A DNA stretch of 64,000 bases from Podarcis bocagei (lineage: Eukaryota), in assembly GCA_964188305.1 (NCBI GenBank), contig OZ076888.1, one strand, 5' to 3'. The notes beneath the pieces were generated by a model. It worked only from the letters and a program-made list of their open reading frames with translations, did not search any database and was not told where the DNA came from. Of the stretch, positions 35,339 through 46,600 are shown piece after piece (within the stretch, counting starts at the first letter, position 1; every line of letters begins with the position of its first letter). Made by a program: the position numbers and the translations under genes.

Positions 35339-37605
35339 TAATGATCTCAAATTGTACTGCCCACAGAAAGTTTGTCTGCTAACGAACCAATGGACCTTTT
35401 ACAGAACTACTGTGTGTGGTAGAGGATTCTGAATTCTTTTTCAGAGCACCCACAGACAGTTTAGGAGGTATAGTCTCCAGGTTTCTTGGGCCTCATCAAA
35501 ATCATGTGTGACCTAGAGCATACAAAATATTATTCTGCAGCAACCCTTTGCATTTGGGGCCTATGTGTCTCTGAGGGGGCAAGCCTGTGTGTTGTTTTTT
35601 ACTGACACACTCATTTTCTATTTGGAAGGATTTACTTGTATGTAGGAACATTCAATTGTGTGCCATCGCCTTTCACTCTGAAATGCTACAGCTGAGACAT
35701 TGTTTTACTACCTTGGTGAGAACCAGGACATCATCTCTGACCATAAAGAGCATTTGTGTTCACCAAACTGTCTTTCAGAGAAATTTAGCTGCCATTGCTT
35801 TTCTTTTCTTTTCTTTTCTTTTTTATAAATATTTTATTCAGTTTTCAGATACAAAGATTATAAACATAGACTAAGAGAAGAAATAAAAAGAACAAGAAAA
35901 AGAAGAAAGAAATAAAAAAGAAAAACCAGCCGTTCAACATTTTTTTTTAATAACTAACTGGACTTCCTCACATCTCCCTTACCCTGCATTCTTTATAATA
36001 AAGTTTTCAGCAAATTATTACCTTGTTTCATACCTTATTTTGTACTTTTCAAGTACTATACCTCAAGTTTTTCATACTTTTCATCAATTACTTATCTCCT
36101 AAATTAAACATAATATTACCTTAAAATTTAACCTTTTCATACTTAAAATATAATTTCTTAATTCACAACTTAAGTTGCTGAAGCTATAGTTTCCGAATCG
36201 TGAAAATTTTTAACATTCATATAACTTATATTGTTTTTGTAAATAGTCCTTAAATTTTTTCCAGTCCTCTTCCACTGTTTCTTCTCCCAAATCTCGGATT
36301 CTGCCAGTCATTTCAGCCAGTTCCATGTAGTCCATCAATTGCGTCTGCCACTCTTCCAGTGTGGGCAAATCTTGTGTTTTCCAATATTTTGCGATGAGTA
36401 TTCTTGCTGCTGTGGTCGCATACATAAAAAAGTTCTGTCCTTCTTTAACACTTTCTGGCCGACAATGCCCAAGAGGAAGGCCTCTGGTTTCTTGGTAAAG
36501 GTATACTTAAATACCTTTTTTAACTCATTATAGATCATTTCCCAGAAGGCCTTCACTTTTGGACAGGTCCACCAGAGGTGAAAGAATGTCCCTTCAGCCT
36601 CCTTACATTTCCAACATTTATTATCAGACAGGTGATATATTTTTGCAAGCTTGACTGGGGTCATGTACCACCTATATATCATTTTCATAATATTTTCCTT
36701 CAGGGCATTGCATGCCGTGAATTTCATTCCTGTGGTCCATAACCTTTCCCAGTCTTCAAACTCAATATCCTGAGCCCATTTTATCATGGCTGATTTGACT
36801 GTCTCATCCTGCGTGTTCCATTTAAGCAGCAAGTTATACATTCTCGAAAGAACCTTAGTCTTTGGTTCAAGCAGTTCTGTCTCTAATTTCGATTTTTCCA
36901 CCTGGAATCCTATTTTTTTATCCAACTTAAAAACCTATTGGATTTGAGCATAGTGTAACCAATCTCACACCTTGTTTTTTAATTTTTCTAAACTCTGCAG
37001 CCTCCAATTGTCTCCAGTTTTTTCTATTATTTCCCAATATTTCGGCCAACCGGCCTCCATATTGAGTTTTTTTCGAGCCTTGGCCTCCATTGGTGATAAC
37101 CATCTCGGGGTCTTATTCTCTAGTAAGTCTTTGTATTTTGACCAGACAATAAATATTGCTTTTCTGACAATATGGTTTTTAAACATTTTGTGAACCTTTA
37201 CCTTGTCATACCACAAGTATGCATGCCAACCAAAAGCATTATTAAACCCTTCCAGATCCAGGACATCAGTGTTCTCCAAAAGCAACCAATCCTTCATCCA
37301 GCAGAAAGCTGCAGCTTCATAATATAACCTTAAGTCCGGCAGGGCAAATACCCCTCTTTCTTTTGCATCAGTTAGTATTTTAAATTTTATCCTGGGCTTT
37401 TTGCCCTGCCAGACAAACTTAGAAATATCTTTCTGCCACTTTCCAAAACATTCCACTCTGTCCACAATCTGTAGGGTTTGAAACAGAAACAACATCCTTG
37501 GCAGTACATTCATTTTTACAGCTGCAATTCGACCCAACAAGGAAAGTTTCAATCTTGACCAAGTTTCTAAATCCTTTTTGATTTCTGACCAACATTTTTC
37601 ATAAT

Positions 37606-37968
37606 TAGAATCATAGAATCATAGAATCATAGAATCATAGAGTTGGAAGAGACCACAAGGGCCATCGAGTCCAACCCCCTGCCAAGCAGGAAACACCATC
37701 AGAGCACTCCTGACATATGGTTGTCAAGCCTCTGCTTAAAGACCTCCAAAGAAGGAGATTCCACCACACTCCTTGGCAGCAAATTCCACTGTCAAACAGC
37801 TCTTACTGTCAGGAAGTTCTTCCTAATGTTTAGGTGGAATCTTCTTTCTTGTAGTTTGGATCCATTGCTCCGTGTCCGCTTCTCTGGAGCAGCAGAAAAC
37901 AACCTTTCTCCCTCCTCTATGTGACATCCTTTTATATATTTGAACATGGCTATCATATCACCCCTTAA
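37606..37968 (-). mobile_element. 5'-truncated CR1 LINE inserted in L1 ORF2
   Basis: (tagaatca)n, i.e. a TGATTCTA tail on the minus strand; minus-strand peptide LRGDMIAMFKYIKG...TRSNGSKL...NIRKNFLTVRAV*QWNLLP...FKQRLD. Confidence 0.92.
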
Positions 37969-40294
37969 CTGTCTTTGAATAAATTAATTGTCTTTGAATA
38001 AATTAAAATTTTTAGCAGACAAATTAACCCCTAGGTATTTCACCTTTTTAACCACATTTAACTCTGTCTCTTTCTGAAACCCGTCTGTTTCTAAAGGTGT
38101 CAAGTTTTTCTCCAAAACCTTGGTCTTTTGCTTGTTCAGTTTAAATCCCGCCACCCGACCAAACTCATGAATTAGTTCTAAAACTCTCTTTGTACTAGAT
38201 TCTGGCTCCTGTAATGTTAAAACCAAATCATCTGCAACAGCTTTCAGTTTATATTGTTTCTCTCCGACCTGTATTCCTTGCACCAACCGGTCCTCCCTAA
38301 TCATGTTCAAAGCACCTCCAGGACCGAAATAAATAACAGAGGGGATAAGGGGCAACCTTGTCGTGTTCCTTTTTCAATTTTAAACTCTTCTGTCACCACA
38401 TTGTTAACTATCAATTTAGCTTTTTGCTCTGAATAAATTGCCTCTATTCCATTTTCAAACCCACGTCCCACTCCCATCCCTTCCAAGTTTTTTTTCATGA
38501 ACTTCCAAGAAATGTTGTCAAAGGCCTTCTCCGCATCTATAAAGATTAATACTGCTTTTGTATTGATGTTAGTTTGCAAAAGTTCCAAAATGTCAATAAT
38601 GTTCCTAGTGTTATCAAACAAATGTCTGCCTGGGAGAAAGCCTGCCTGGTCTTTATGAATTACTTCATTTAGTACTTTTTTAAATCTACTTGCCAAAATA
38701 TCTGCAAAAATTTTGTAATCCACATTTAGGAGTGAGATGGGACAGTAGTTCTTAAGTTGGGTCTTTTCAGTTTCCACTTTTGGTATCAATGTGATGAAAG
38801 CTTCTTTCCACGATTCCGGTGCCTTCTTCCCCTCCATAATCTGATTGCATACCTCCATTAATGGTTGAATCAAAAAGTCTTTCAATATCTTGTAATACTT
38901 GGAGGTAAGCCCATCTGGGCCTGGAGATTTGCCTAATTGCATATTCTGAATGGCACCCTCAATTTCTTGTTGCGTTATTCTGTAATTCAGGATTGTTCTC
39001 TTTTCCTGAGCTAGTTTTGGTAGTCCATTGATTTTTAAAAATTGGTCTATCTCAGTCTCTTCCTGCGGCCCTTGCGTATAAAGCTTTTTGAAATATCTCT
39101 GGAAACACTTTCTAATTTCCTCGGGTTTCTGGATATTTCTCCCTTCAATCTCTAGATTAGTAACTGTATTCAATTTTTGTCTCTTTTTCAACTGCCATGC
39201 TAGCAGTTTCCCACACTTGTTCGCTGATTCAAATGATCTTTGTTTCATTTGTTTAATTTTCCATTCAGCTTCTTGATTTATCAGTTTCGCACATTGTGCT
39301 TGATGGAATTTAATTTCTCTCAGAACCTCCTTCGATTTTGGTTTTAATCTCAATTTTTTCTCTCCATCTCTTATCTTCTCTAAGATCTTATCCTTTTTTT
39401 CATTCCAGAGTCTTTTCTTAATCGTGTTCTGTTGTATCAGAAACCCTCTCATGACTGCTTTACTTGCGTCCCAGATTGTTCTCTTTTCCACCGTAGTGTT
39501 CAAATTTATTTCAGAATAGTCTTTTAAAGTTTTTTGGGCCTTCTTCACAATCTCCTGATCTCTTAATAGGGTGTCATTCATTTTCCATCTGAAGGAACCG
39601 ATTGGAGTAAGTCTCAATTCCACTTTCATGGCGTTATGGTCGGAGCAAGTTTTTGGGCAGATTTCCACTTTTATAGTCTTAGGTGCCAGCCCTCTAGTTG
39701 TCCATATTTGGTCGATTCTTGTCCATGACAAATGGGCCTCAGAAAAGAAGGTTCCTTCTTTACCTAAGGGGTTCTTTGTCCTCCATATATCAATCAAGTC
39801 CATATTGTCAGTTAATTCGAAAAAGGTTTTAGGTAGTCTGCCATCTTTTGTTAAATTTTGATTTTGTGACTTGTCCATGTTTGTAGATACCACCCCATTC
39901 ATATTTCCCATCATGATGATGTTAGTATAGTCCAGATAGTCCAGCATTATCTCATGCAGCCTCTTATAAAATTCTGATTTCCCCTCATTCGGTGCATAAA
40001 TTCCTAATATTAAAATTTTTTTCTCCTTGCGTCTGTGTTTCAATTGCCAAGATTGTTCCTTGCTCATCTTTAAATAGAAATTTTGGTGACAGGCTCTCTT
40101 TTGCGTAGATCACCACTCCTCTTTTCTTAACTCTGTCCGATGAAATAAATTCTTGGCCTAATCTTTTATTAATTAGCACTTTCCTGTGGAGCCTAGTCAC
40201 GTGTGTTTCCTGCAAGCAGATAATGTCCAATCGTTCTTTTTTCAATATATGAAAATTTCTTCTTTTTTCCGGGGAATTTCCGCCATTAATGTTC

Positions 40295-41191
40295 AGAATA
40301 ATCAGAACCAGTGAAGGCGGCGAAGGTCCTGTGTGAGTGTCTGGAGGCGGTTGGAGGATGGATGGCGGCTAACAGATTGAGGTTGAATCCTGACAAGACA
40401 GAAGTACTGTTTTTGGGGGACAGGAGGCGGGCAGGTGCGGAGGATTCCCTGGTCCTGAATGGGGTAACTGTGCCCCTGAAGGACCAGGTGCGCAGCCTGG
40501 GAGTCATTTTGGACTCACAGCTGTCCATGGAGGCACAGGTCAAATCTGTGTCCAGGGCAGCTGTTTACCAGCTCCATCTGGTACGTAGGCTGAGACCCTA
40601 TCTGCCTGCGGACTGTCTCGCCAGAGTGGTGCATGCTCTGGTTATCTCCCGCTTGGACTACTGCAATGCACTCTACGTGGGGCTACCTTTGAAGGTGACG
40701 CGGAAACTACAACTAATCCAGAATGCGGCAGCTAGACTGGTGACTGGGAGCGGCCGCTGAGACCATATAACACCGGTCTTGAAAGACCTGCATTGGCTCC
40801 CAGTACGTTTCCGAGCACAATTCAAAGTGTTGGTGCTGACCTTTAAAGCCCTAAACGGCCTCGGTCCAGTATACCTGAAGGAGCGTCTCCACCCCCATCA
40901 TTCTGCCCGGACGCTGAGGTCCAGCGCCGAGGGCCTTCTGGCGGTTCCCTCATTGCGAGAAGTAAAGCTACAGGGAACCAGGCAGAGGGCCTTCTCGGTA
41001 GTGGCGCCCGCCCTGTGGAACGCCCTTCCAGCAGATGTCAAAGCGATAAACAACTACCTGACATTCAGGAGACATCTTAAGGCAGCCCTGTTCAGGGAAG
41101 TTTTTAACGTGTGATATTTTATTGTATTTTTATGGAAGCCGCCCAGAGTGGCTGGGGAGGCCCAGCCAGATGGGCGGGGTATAAATAATAA

Positions 41192-41248
<57 letters not shown>
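40295..41248 (+). mobile_element. Young 5'-truncated L2 LINE inserted in the L1 endonuclease
   Basis: RT C-terminus (RLNPDKTEVL, SRLDYCNALY, LHWLPV, RAFSVVAPALWNALP) open except one TGA at 40758-40760; 3' stem-loop; (ATT)n tail; 10-bp TSD attaatgttc (40285-40294, 41249-41258). Confidence 0.95.
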
Positions 41249-41256
<8 letters not shown>

Positions 41257-41295
41257 TCCAGCTGAGAAGCTGCAGGGACATCCTGAATCAATCTG

Positions 41296-42344
41296 TTAGT
41301 TCTGTGGTGGCGTCTCTTCCTTTTGGTCCTCTGGTCCCGAGGGTATAGGTGTCGGTACAGGTGCAGACAGAGGTGGTGGCCAAGATGCTGCTGCTCCCTT
41401 TTGAAGGTCTTCTTCGTGGTCGTTCAAGAACTTTTGTTGGTCTTCTGTTGTTTTGATTTTAACTTTCTTTCCTTTGAAGTTAAAAGATAGTCCTTGGGGA
41501 AACTCCCACCTATAAGGAATTGAGTTGCCTCTCAGTAGTCTTGCTAGTTCTGTGTATGTAGCTCTGAGGTCCAAAAGTTCAAAAGTTGTTTCGGTATGTC
41601 TCTATAGATTTCTGCTCTTTTGCCTTGAATAACAAGTGATTTTCCAAAATGAAGGCCTAGTATTTTATCTCTCTCTTGCTTGGATCTCAAAATGATCAAA
41701 CAGTCTCTGGATCTGTCCTTCCTCACCACTCTTCCCAGTCTAAACGCAGTTAGAATTTTAAAGTCTTTGTCTTCTTCTAAACCCCAGAACTTTGAGAATT
41801 CTGATGTCAAATAACCAATCAAATCTTCCTGTTCAAGTTCTGGAATAGCTCTCAGTCTAAGATTGTTTTCCCGATTTCTCAGTTCCACCATAGACAGGTA
41901 GGCCTGTTGTTCACCAATCTGTTTGTGCAGTGGCTTCACTTCTACTTTGATTGCCTCGACCTTCTTATTGGCTTCCTCTGCTTTTTGATTGGCTTCCTCA
42001 GCCAGTTTACGATTTTCTGCAGTTGCTCCCTGGAGATTCCCAATTGCTTGTGTATGCTGGGCAACTTGGTCAGTCAGTTTGCTAATAGAGGCTGTAGCTT
42101 GATCAATTTTTGTCGATTGATCATCCACCTTTTTGTTTAAAATTGCCAGTTGTTCCAGAATTTGATTTAAGACAGTTTCAGATCCTCCTGCAGCCATGTC
42201 CTCTGAAGATGTCAGCTCAGCTTCCCCTTCTTGTATTCCTAACACAGCAGGGACAGATGATCTGCGTGATTGAGAAGTCAAGGTTGTTTGTACCGAGTGT
42301 TTTGCTTTCGTTTTAGCCAGTCTTGTTTTGCCTGTGCCACTCAT
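41296..42344 (-). pseudogene. L1 ORF1 (coiled coil - RRM - CTD), frameshifted by an 8-bp duplication
   Basis: Heptad-rich region, RNRENNLRLRAIPE, IYRDIP, YRWEFP; removing one caaaagtt copy (41572-41587) gives 1041 nt = 346 aa plus stop. Confidence 0.92.
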
Positions 42345-42818
42345 TCCAAACCTGTCTATGTGTCAAGGTCAAATTATGTATAATCCCATGGGAAAGGCAG
42401 TTCCAGAGTATAAACAACAAGGCAGCAGAGAGTCAAAACAGAATACAGTTCCCAGACAATTGTAATTCCCAAATCCTCTAGGGGGAGTACAACTGTAGTT
42501 CAGAAGAAAGAAAGAAGTTTGTCCGCCATTAAAGTTCCTGCAGTCCAAAGCAAGTTTAAAAAGAACCTTCAACTTCCCTTTGGCATGTAGGGCTTTTCCC
42601 AAATTTAAACAAAGTCTCAAAGAAGGTGCAAGTAACAGTTTCCCTGTTTCTATCCAATCTGTAGCACTTGCATGTAACACTTTCAAAGTTAAACACAGTT
42701 TCAGCAATTTGACAGTCTTCTTTAGCCCGGCAGTCCGAGGCTTAGGATTTCTTAATTATTTGCAGTGGGTTCAGATGAGAGGGAAAGATGGCTATATAGT
42801 TTGAATCAAATATTTGTA

Positions 42819-43042
42819 CAGTGGTACCTCGGTTTACGAACTTAATCAGTTCCGGAAGTCCGTTCTTAAACCCAAACTGTTCTTAAACCGAGGTGCACTT
42901 TCCCTAATGAGGCCTTCCACCATTTGGTTCCGTTCTGAGGTAAAGTCCGCTAACTTCCAGTTTTAACACAACTTCCAGTTTTGTGGAGTTCGTATACCGA
43001 ATAGTTCGTAAACAGGGCTGTTCCTAAACCGAGGTACCACTG
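42819..43042. mobile_element. Tigger/pogo-type MITE
   Basis: TA|cagtggtacctcggttta ... taaaccgaggtaccactg|TA. Confidence 0.92.
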
Positions 43043-43409
43043 TACTTGGGAAAATCTTGTGTTTCAGTTATATTTCATGCACAATGTCCATGTGCAGTTT
43101 GGTTGACAAGAATGCAGTCTGTGTAGTGGCTAGCTCAATGAATGTGGGTTGTTCTTTCACATGCTTTCTGTAAATAACATGTTCGGATTTACTATAAGAG
43201 GCAATAACCTGATTCAGCAAACAAAGGAAGAGCAGGAACAGAAAATTCTTTCCCAAGCAGTTGGGGTAGTCTTGGATGCAAGATAAATACTATACCTCTT
43301 ACACAGCTTGATGGTCACTCACTATACCTGATCTGTGGCTGCATTATGGCTCAGTTGATGCATGGGGAATTTGAGTGAATGTATGGAGTCCATTTAGAAG
43401 AATAGCTTA

Positions 43410-43660
43410 TGCAAGCCAATAACTTGAGGTCTTGGTGGAGACAAGCAATTTTATCCTCAAAATGCTTTGCAAACAAGTCACAGCGAGCTACTGTTGGTTC
43501 TACCACCTCCTTGGGCCGGCCTGTAAAAGGCCCCATACATCCCGGAAAAGCTCTGCCAGACGACATAATGAGGATGGTCTTCACTGCCCCCAGGTAGGCT
43601 CGATAATGAGCCCTGACCAGTGTTTGGTTGCATACATTCAGATCTTTCCTCCACTTTCCT
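43410..43660 (-). mobile_element. Internal L2-type ORF2 fragment
   Basis: Minus-strand peptide ARCDLFAKHFEDKIACLHQDL resembles the L2 linker region. Confidence 0.5.
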
Positions 43661-46600
43661 AAAATGAAGTCTTTACAGCATCAGTGAATCTCTTTTCCAT
43701 GAGACATCAGTACTTGCAGAACTCCTTAGGAATGTTTAATTCATAGTCAATGAAAACTGAATGTGGGAAAAGAAAAATACCCACTAAACCTGTATGCCAG
43801 GAAAAATCTAAGGAACTTATTGCATACACACAGCATAATATTTTTATTTTAAGTTATGAATAATATATGAATAATAAAGAATGTTAAGTTACAATCAAGA
43901 GAGCTTTGTTACATTGCAACACAGATTTTTATTAGAAGAGGTATTTGTAATTAGATCAAATACTTTTTAAAATGTATGGCTATAAGTCGGGATCAGATTA
44001 TATGGGGATAACAAGGTAAAGGAGTCCCCTTTAGCAAGTACTGGCACCGTTGAGATGTGCAGATGGTAGGTGATGTCCAGCTTATCACAACTTTTGCATT
44101 TCCCCCCTTCACTTTTTAGTTAGCTGAAGCCTTAGGTTTTCTGATGTGTGCGTTGTCAATCCATCAGAAAATAGCAAGTAGTTCAAAGCAGATGGTGCAC
44201 GAATTACTTACTTGTCACCACCAGTGTCTGCTATTTAGCACAGTGTCTTTAGCTATTTTAGCTGCCCCCACCCCAATGTTTCAGGTTGGTCTATACCTCT
44301 GGATCTTCACTAATACTCATATTTCTTCAGAACAGAAAAAGGTGTAGATTCCCAGCCAGGACAATGTCACTCTGCCTCCCTGCTATGCATGCTGCCTTTC
44401 TGTTGTCTGTCCAGCCAGGAGCTGTGAGGATTAGGCAGTTTATGATTACAGTATTCTGCAGCCTACTGCAGCTTGCCCATGTGAGTTCAGAATTTTCTAA
44501 TTTTCTAACATGCAGATAGCGTAGGAAGAGTCTACTGTATGTACATGACAAACAGACTTACTGTGCATTGATAGAGCCTCTTCCTTATTGCTGATCTCAA
44601 TGGGATGTGGCATTAGTTGGGGCAGCTTGCCCAAATTACTTTCCTGTTCCAGTTGACTTTCTGATTGTGTCTCTCTTCTGCCCACCCTGGTGAAGCAGGA
44701 GAAAAATCTGGAGAGATTCAGTCGTTCAGTCATACACTTGCCCAGCGATATCTGCAATATTATAGATTGCTTCCTGTGGCCTATTGTATTGACCATTAAA
44801 GAATATGTTTGTTGGCTATGACTATGACAGAATGGATAACATTTTACACCCTGGGGCAGTAAATGCCTTCCACGTGTGACATCATAATAAGCATTATTTT
44901 TAGGCATGGCTATAGCTGGCCAATATGGAGTGCTCCCTCCTTAGTGATTTATACCATACAGCAGGGAGGACATGAAGTGCAACATGTTTTCCTATTTGTA
45001 CTTGTAGCTCTGAATGAGCATTTTGTAATTTGCCACTTACCTTTAAGATTCATAGATAAAAGTGTCAAGAATGCTAAGTTGCAACCCCACAGATCTGGAC
45101 TCTGCGCCACTGGCTCACACAGGCAGGATAGATCTGCCTGGCTATGTAGCCGCAAATGTTCTGGCTCATTATTTGAAATAGCTCTGTGGTGCCTGTGTAT
45201 TGCTGATTCAGTAGCTGGGTTAATACTCTGGCAGGTGGGGGGGGAGGGGGGAGAGATGATAAGAAAAACTGACTATAATACCCTGGAGTAGATGAGGTCA
45301 TTGATGGATATGATGAATACTAATATTAGGTGACTGCTTATGATCACATCTTCCCAAGCGTAGAAGCCGTGATTCAGCTCTGCCCTGCTAGGAGTGGGTG
45401 GGTGGAAGCAGAGATTATTGAATCCTAACCATAAAGTGGGTTAAATCATAATTGGCAGTTGGCCAAGCTGCTCAAGGTCCCAAATAGAATTTATAAAAGG
45501 GTTTCAAAGCCGGGAAAGGAAGCTCTGAATTTATGCCAAATCTACATTCCTGAAACAAAAGCTTCATGCATTAGCTATGTGTTTATTGAATAAGTTCTGG
45601 ATTTTGGTTATGCTGTAAGTGTATGAGGGTGGGCAGACTTAATTGGTATACACCCTTGAATGGAGTTGCCACATAGAGTAATATTCAAGTGAATTTGGAG
45701 GGGCTCCTACTATAATGTGGGGAGGGGAGACCTTTTTTCAACCTGAGGGTTACATTCACTTCTGGGTAACTTTCTGGGAAGGGTCAGAGGCAAGAATGGG
45801 CCAAGCAATTTATCTTTGTACAGTAGGCTAGTTTCTTTGCCGACTCGCACACCCTTTCCGTCCTCCAGAGAGGGAAGCGAGAGTTCATGGTCACTTTCTG
45901 GCCAGGAATAAAAACCTCAAGGCTGGTCCATCTACCTCTGAGTTGCACAGAATTCCCGCTGCTGCTTTCAGTCTGCTCCGCCATGGGTCAAGGAAAGATT
46001 GTATTGTAGGAACCAAACCAGGGCAATCCTCAGGTGAAATGTCTGAGGAATTTCAGGGAGAAAGCAAAAGAAGAACAGGAAGAGGGGCAAGCTCTGAATT
46101 AGAATTTAATATAGGAAAGCCATGCAGCCCTCCACATACACAAATCCATTTCTACTTATTATAGACCATTTGTTTGCTGCAAATTGACTTTTAAAAATGT
46201 AAATATTTTTCTTAATATTAGAGATTTTAGGGTAATGGTGGATAATGAAAATGGCAACTCGGTTTGCGGGAAGTGAAGAAGAGACAAAAAAGAGAAAACC
46301 ATGTTATGGAAATTGCCATAAATCTTTCAGGTGCAACCAGGACAGGTCCTAATCCTAACCTCAACTCACCTGAAAGTGATTCCCATTGAATTCAATGAGT
46401 AGGGTTTCACTCTGGTTGTAAAAAGAAGAACTGGTGTGTGTTTAAAAAGAAAAAAAAATGTAACTGAAATGATATCAGATTAGTTTGTGAACTACTTTAG
46501 AATCAGAGAAAGAGGAAATCAGACACAGGGAATTTTTATTGATATGTTATGAGACTGAGATTTCCTGTTACAACACTTAGCCATTGTCATTATTTTGTTG

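Larger units (their letters stand above)
36210..41281 (-). pseudogene. L1 ORF2 (APE endonuclease - reverse transcriptase - CCHC), disrupted
   Basis: MSLQLLSWNIN, ICLQETH, IYAPN, RIDQI, SDHN; KSPGPDG, PISLLNVDYKI, DAEKAFD, GTRQGCPLSP, AVADD; CWKCKEAEGTFFHLWWTC; several frameshifts and two insertions. Confidence 0.95.
35799..42770 (-). mobile_element. Near-full-length L1 LINE, inactivated, with nested CR1 and L2 insertions
   Basis: A-rich tail (35799-35824 on the minus strand), 3' UTR, ORF2, 14-nt spacer, ORF1 and partial 5' UTR; exact 5' end and TSD not resolved. Confidence 0.95.

Noticed and set aside
41054-41348. Poly-Asn / poly-Leu ORFs
   Set aside because: Translation of the (ATT)n L2 tail
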